Assembly: GCF_008831285.2 (NCBI RefSeq) | Contig: NC_045138.2 | Span: 13,392,001-13,456,000, forward strand | Source of the DNA: Nymphaea colorata | Taxonomy: Eukaryota | Length of the DNA stretch: 64,000 bases | Reading direction: 5' to 3' | In this document: positions 61,544-64,000 of the stretch, piece after piece | Numbering within the stretch: position 1 is the stretch's first letter | Layout: every line of letters starts with the position of its first letter | Program-made: the position numbers and the translations under genes | The notes under the pieces: model-generated | Databases searched by the model: none | Seen by the model: only the letters and a program-made list of their open reading frames with translations | What the model was told of the DNA's origin: nothing

Positions 61544-64000
61544 GAAGGTTCGAACCGAGTAATTTTCTTTTCCTCTGTAGGTAATATTCTTTCTTCCCCT
61601 CACAGTGTCTCCCGCTCTTTCCTCTTCTGGTCCACAGTCGATGATGCCTTTCTTGTGAAAAATCAAATAATTGCACATTTAATATCATTAAAAGAAAAGT
61701 TGGAACTATTTGTAGATTTAATATATTTGTTTTTGTTCGATTGGAATCCTAGACATGTACAAAACTCTGAGAGCGATCGGCTTCTTTTGTACTTTGCTGG
61801 CGTTTTACTTGGTGTTAAAATCTCTTTGTGCTTCCTCCTCTTTCTTTTCAGTTACCCTAGAATACTGTGTATACCTTCCTGAATCTGAAGGCCATCTTTC
61901 TTTGTCGATTCTCTATATTGCTGACTGGTTATTTCAGAGATGGAGCCAAGGTTGTCTTTGACTTGTAGCTTGGAAGGATATTTAGGTAATAACTTCAGAA
62001 AGAAACGAATCCCTTCAGTCTGATTTTATTCTGCGACCTGTTTGAGAGGAACGATTCTCTCACTGCTTAATGACCTTGGCGAAGGCATTTTTCCATTTTA
62101 GGCGCGCTCAAAAAGGGGAAAGTGAAGTTCAACATGAAGTGATTTTATCGTTTGAATCTTATTGAACTCCCGTTTTCCGTTGGTCCTCTTTCATTTTTGG
62201 GTTTACCATGAAACGTTATGGAGGGGCTTGCAAACCCAAATAATGAAGAACAAAAAGCAGAATAATCAACGAATTGGGGTCTCATGAGGACCAGCTTTCA
62301 AGTGGTCCGTATTCATGGCTTCCAAGGACCACACTGTTGGACGTGTCTTGTCGACGATGCCTTCTGCATGCATGATTCCTGCCACTCTCTACTGGCAATG
62401 GTTGGAAGCGCAGTTGCATCCAAAAGTTGAATGTTTTTAACCGTTGTTTCACGACATTAATTCCCCATGCATCAACAAAACGGAAGCCCGTTCTAGCTCC
62501 GCACAGCACAGGGGCTGCACTCTTTTACTTTCTCGACGAGTCCAGGTCCCCACACACTTGAGAATGTCCCTTTCTTCTTGGAGCTCTTGCATCAAATCTT
62601 GCTATAGTGATATGGTTTTCCTAAAGCTGTTACGATGTCCTAGATCCGGCTGGGACTTGGGGTCCAAAACAATAGAGACAAAAAGGAGGTGGTTATTCCG
62701 CAACAGAGCAGACTCTTCAAAAGTAGATCCCTCTTTTAAGTACACAATATTTATGAGCATGTTACACGTTTCCCCTTTTCCTTGCAAGAAAAAAACTATG
62801 AATTCTGATTCAAAATCTTCCGAAACAAGGAGGGAGTGCTTTTGCAAGGAAGTGTTGTTAAGCAGCAAGGACATATCCATTCAAAAGTTTCGTTCCTATT
62901 TGATGCTACTGCTACTTGCATTGTGTTTGGAAATACTACGCCTCCGTTTTGAGTTGTCCATCTGGGAAGCATCATAAAAGTAGATACCCACGGAACTGTG
63001 CACATGAAACAGCCGAAATACTCGATCGGTCGAGCTTTTAAGCGTCTCTTTCCTCATCTCAATCAAAAGCTCTTTTCCAAATAATCACACCCCAAAAGGA
63101 TTGGAGAATGTTTGGGAGTAATGAACCCTTCCGCTTCAGTACTAATGTTGTGAAGGTGCCCAGCTGGAATAATGTATGGCCCTGGCCCATCGCATCATCG
63201 ACATAGGCAACAGTCTAGCTCCCACTTGACTGTAAACAAATAATGGCGGGCCACAGGGAGATAAAAGGCCAGAGAGGCAAGGGGGCTTTTGTCTGATTAT
63301 ATTTACCTACCTCCTGCGCTTTATATTTATCCTCTGATGGAGCTATGCATTGGATGTCACTACCAAACCCACTAACTGGGCATCGCGCCTGTCCTGGCCA
63401 GACAATTGAGAAGAGCGCGTTCTCCAGTAAAAAGAAGATTAGAAAAAAAATACATCTATTGACTTGCATGTATTTGTCAAACGGATTCTGCAACGCGCGT
63501 ATCCGAGGGAGCATGAGAGGCCGGATGTTTGGTCTTCATCCCAAGGTAGAAGAGATCGGGAAAAAACCTCAACAACTTCAAACCAAAAATAAATTACAGA
63601 AATACAGAAAGTTGGCTCACATCTCCAAAAAACTTTTTAGTTTTCTGAGCCCTCCCCACTTTTCTACGACCGAGATTGGAGAAAACTTTTGGGGATGAGC
63701 TTACATCACAAATGAAACTGCGGAGTTCCTTGTCTTTCGATGCACAAAAATGCTGCTCCTGTGAGAAGAAAATCCAGCCGAATTTGCTGAATTATTAAGA
63801 GAAGCAGCAAGCAGGCTCGCGATTTACCTTCTCTATGTTTGCAAATAATCCCAGGTCTTTTAAATTCATTCCTCCTTCCCGTAGAACAGAAATTAACCAA
63901 GTATCAATGTTTAAGAGAGTTTAACAATAATAAGGAAATAACTTAAGCATAACAATTTTGTTTGGTGTTTGCAAGGTTCGGCTGGCTCATATTTCTTGCT

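Noticed and set aside
62444..63005. 177-aa ORF and antisense ORFs
   Set aside because: Non-ATG start, no motifs, no supporting splice structure

Overview
Angiosperm nuclear genomic DNA, with spliceosomal GT-AG introns and TA/GA microsatellites; the species cannot be determined from the sequence alone. Left to right: (1) a decayed multi-exon gene of unknown family (-, ~2.0-4.3 kb); (2) a damaged phytosulfokine (PSK) precursor gene whose pentapeptide is frameshifted and altered to YICTQ (+, 5.1-5.7 kb); (3) a PCF11/PCFS4 polyadenylation factor gene (-, 7 coding exons) with a perfect 69-bp in-exon duplication of the end of its last zinc finger and a hAT-type MITE downstream of the stop; (4) a complete, very young 10.65-kb Ty3/gypsy chromovirus (-) with unusually long, apparently identical 2757-bp LTRs, an ATACA TSD, a tRNA-iMet PBS, a PPT and a single nonsense codon in integrase; (5) a PETAL LOSS-like trihelix gene (-) with a decayed second trihelix; (6) a PLS-DYW PPR editing factor (-) head-to-head with a 2-carboxy-D-arabinitol-1-phosphatase gene (+), separated by a 38-bp minisatellite; (7) an intronless DUF868 gene (+). 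All calls come from motif recognition and by-eye reading; no searches or alignments were run.
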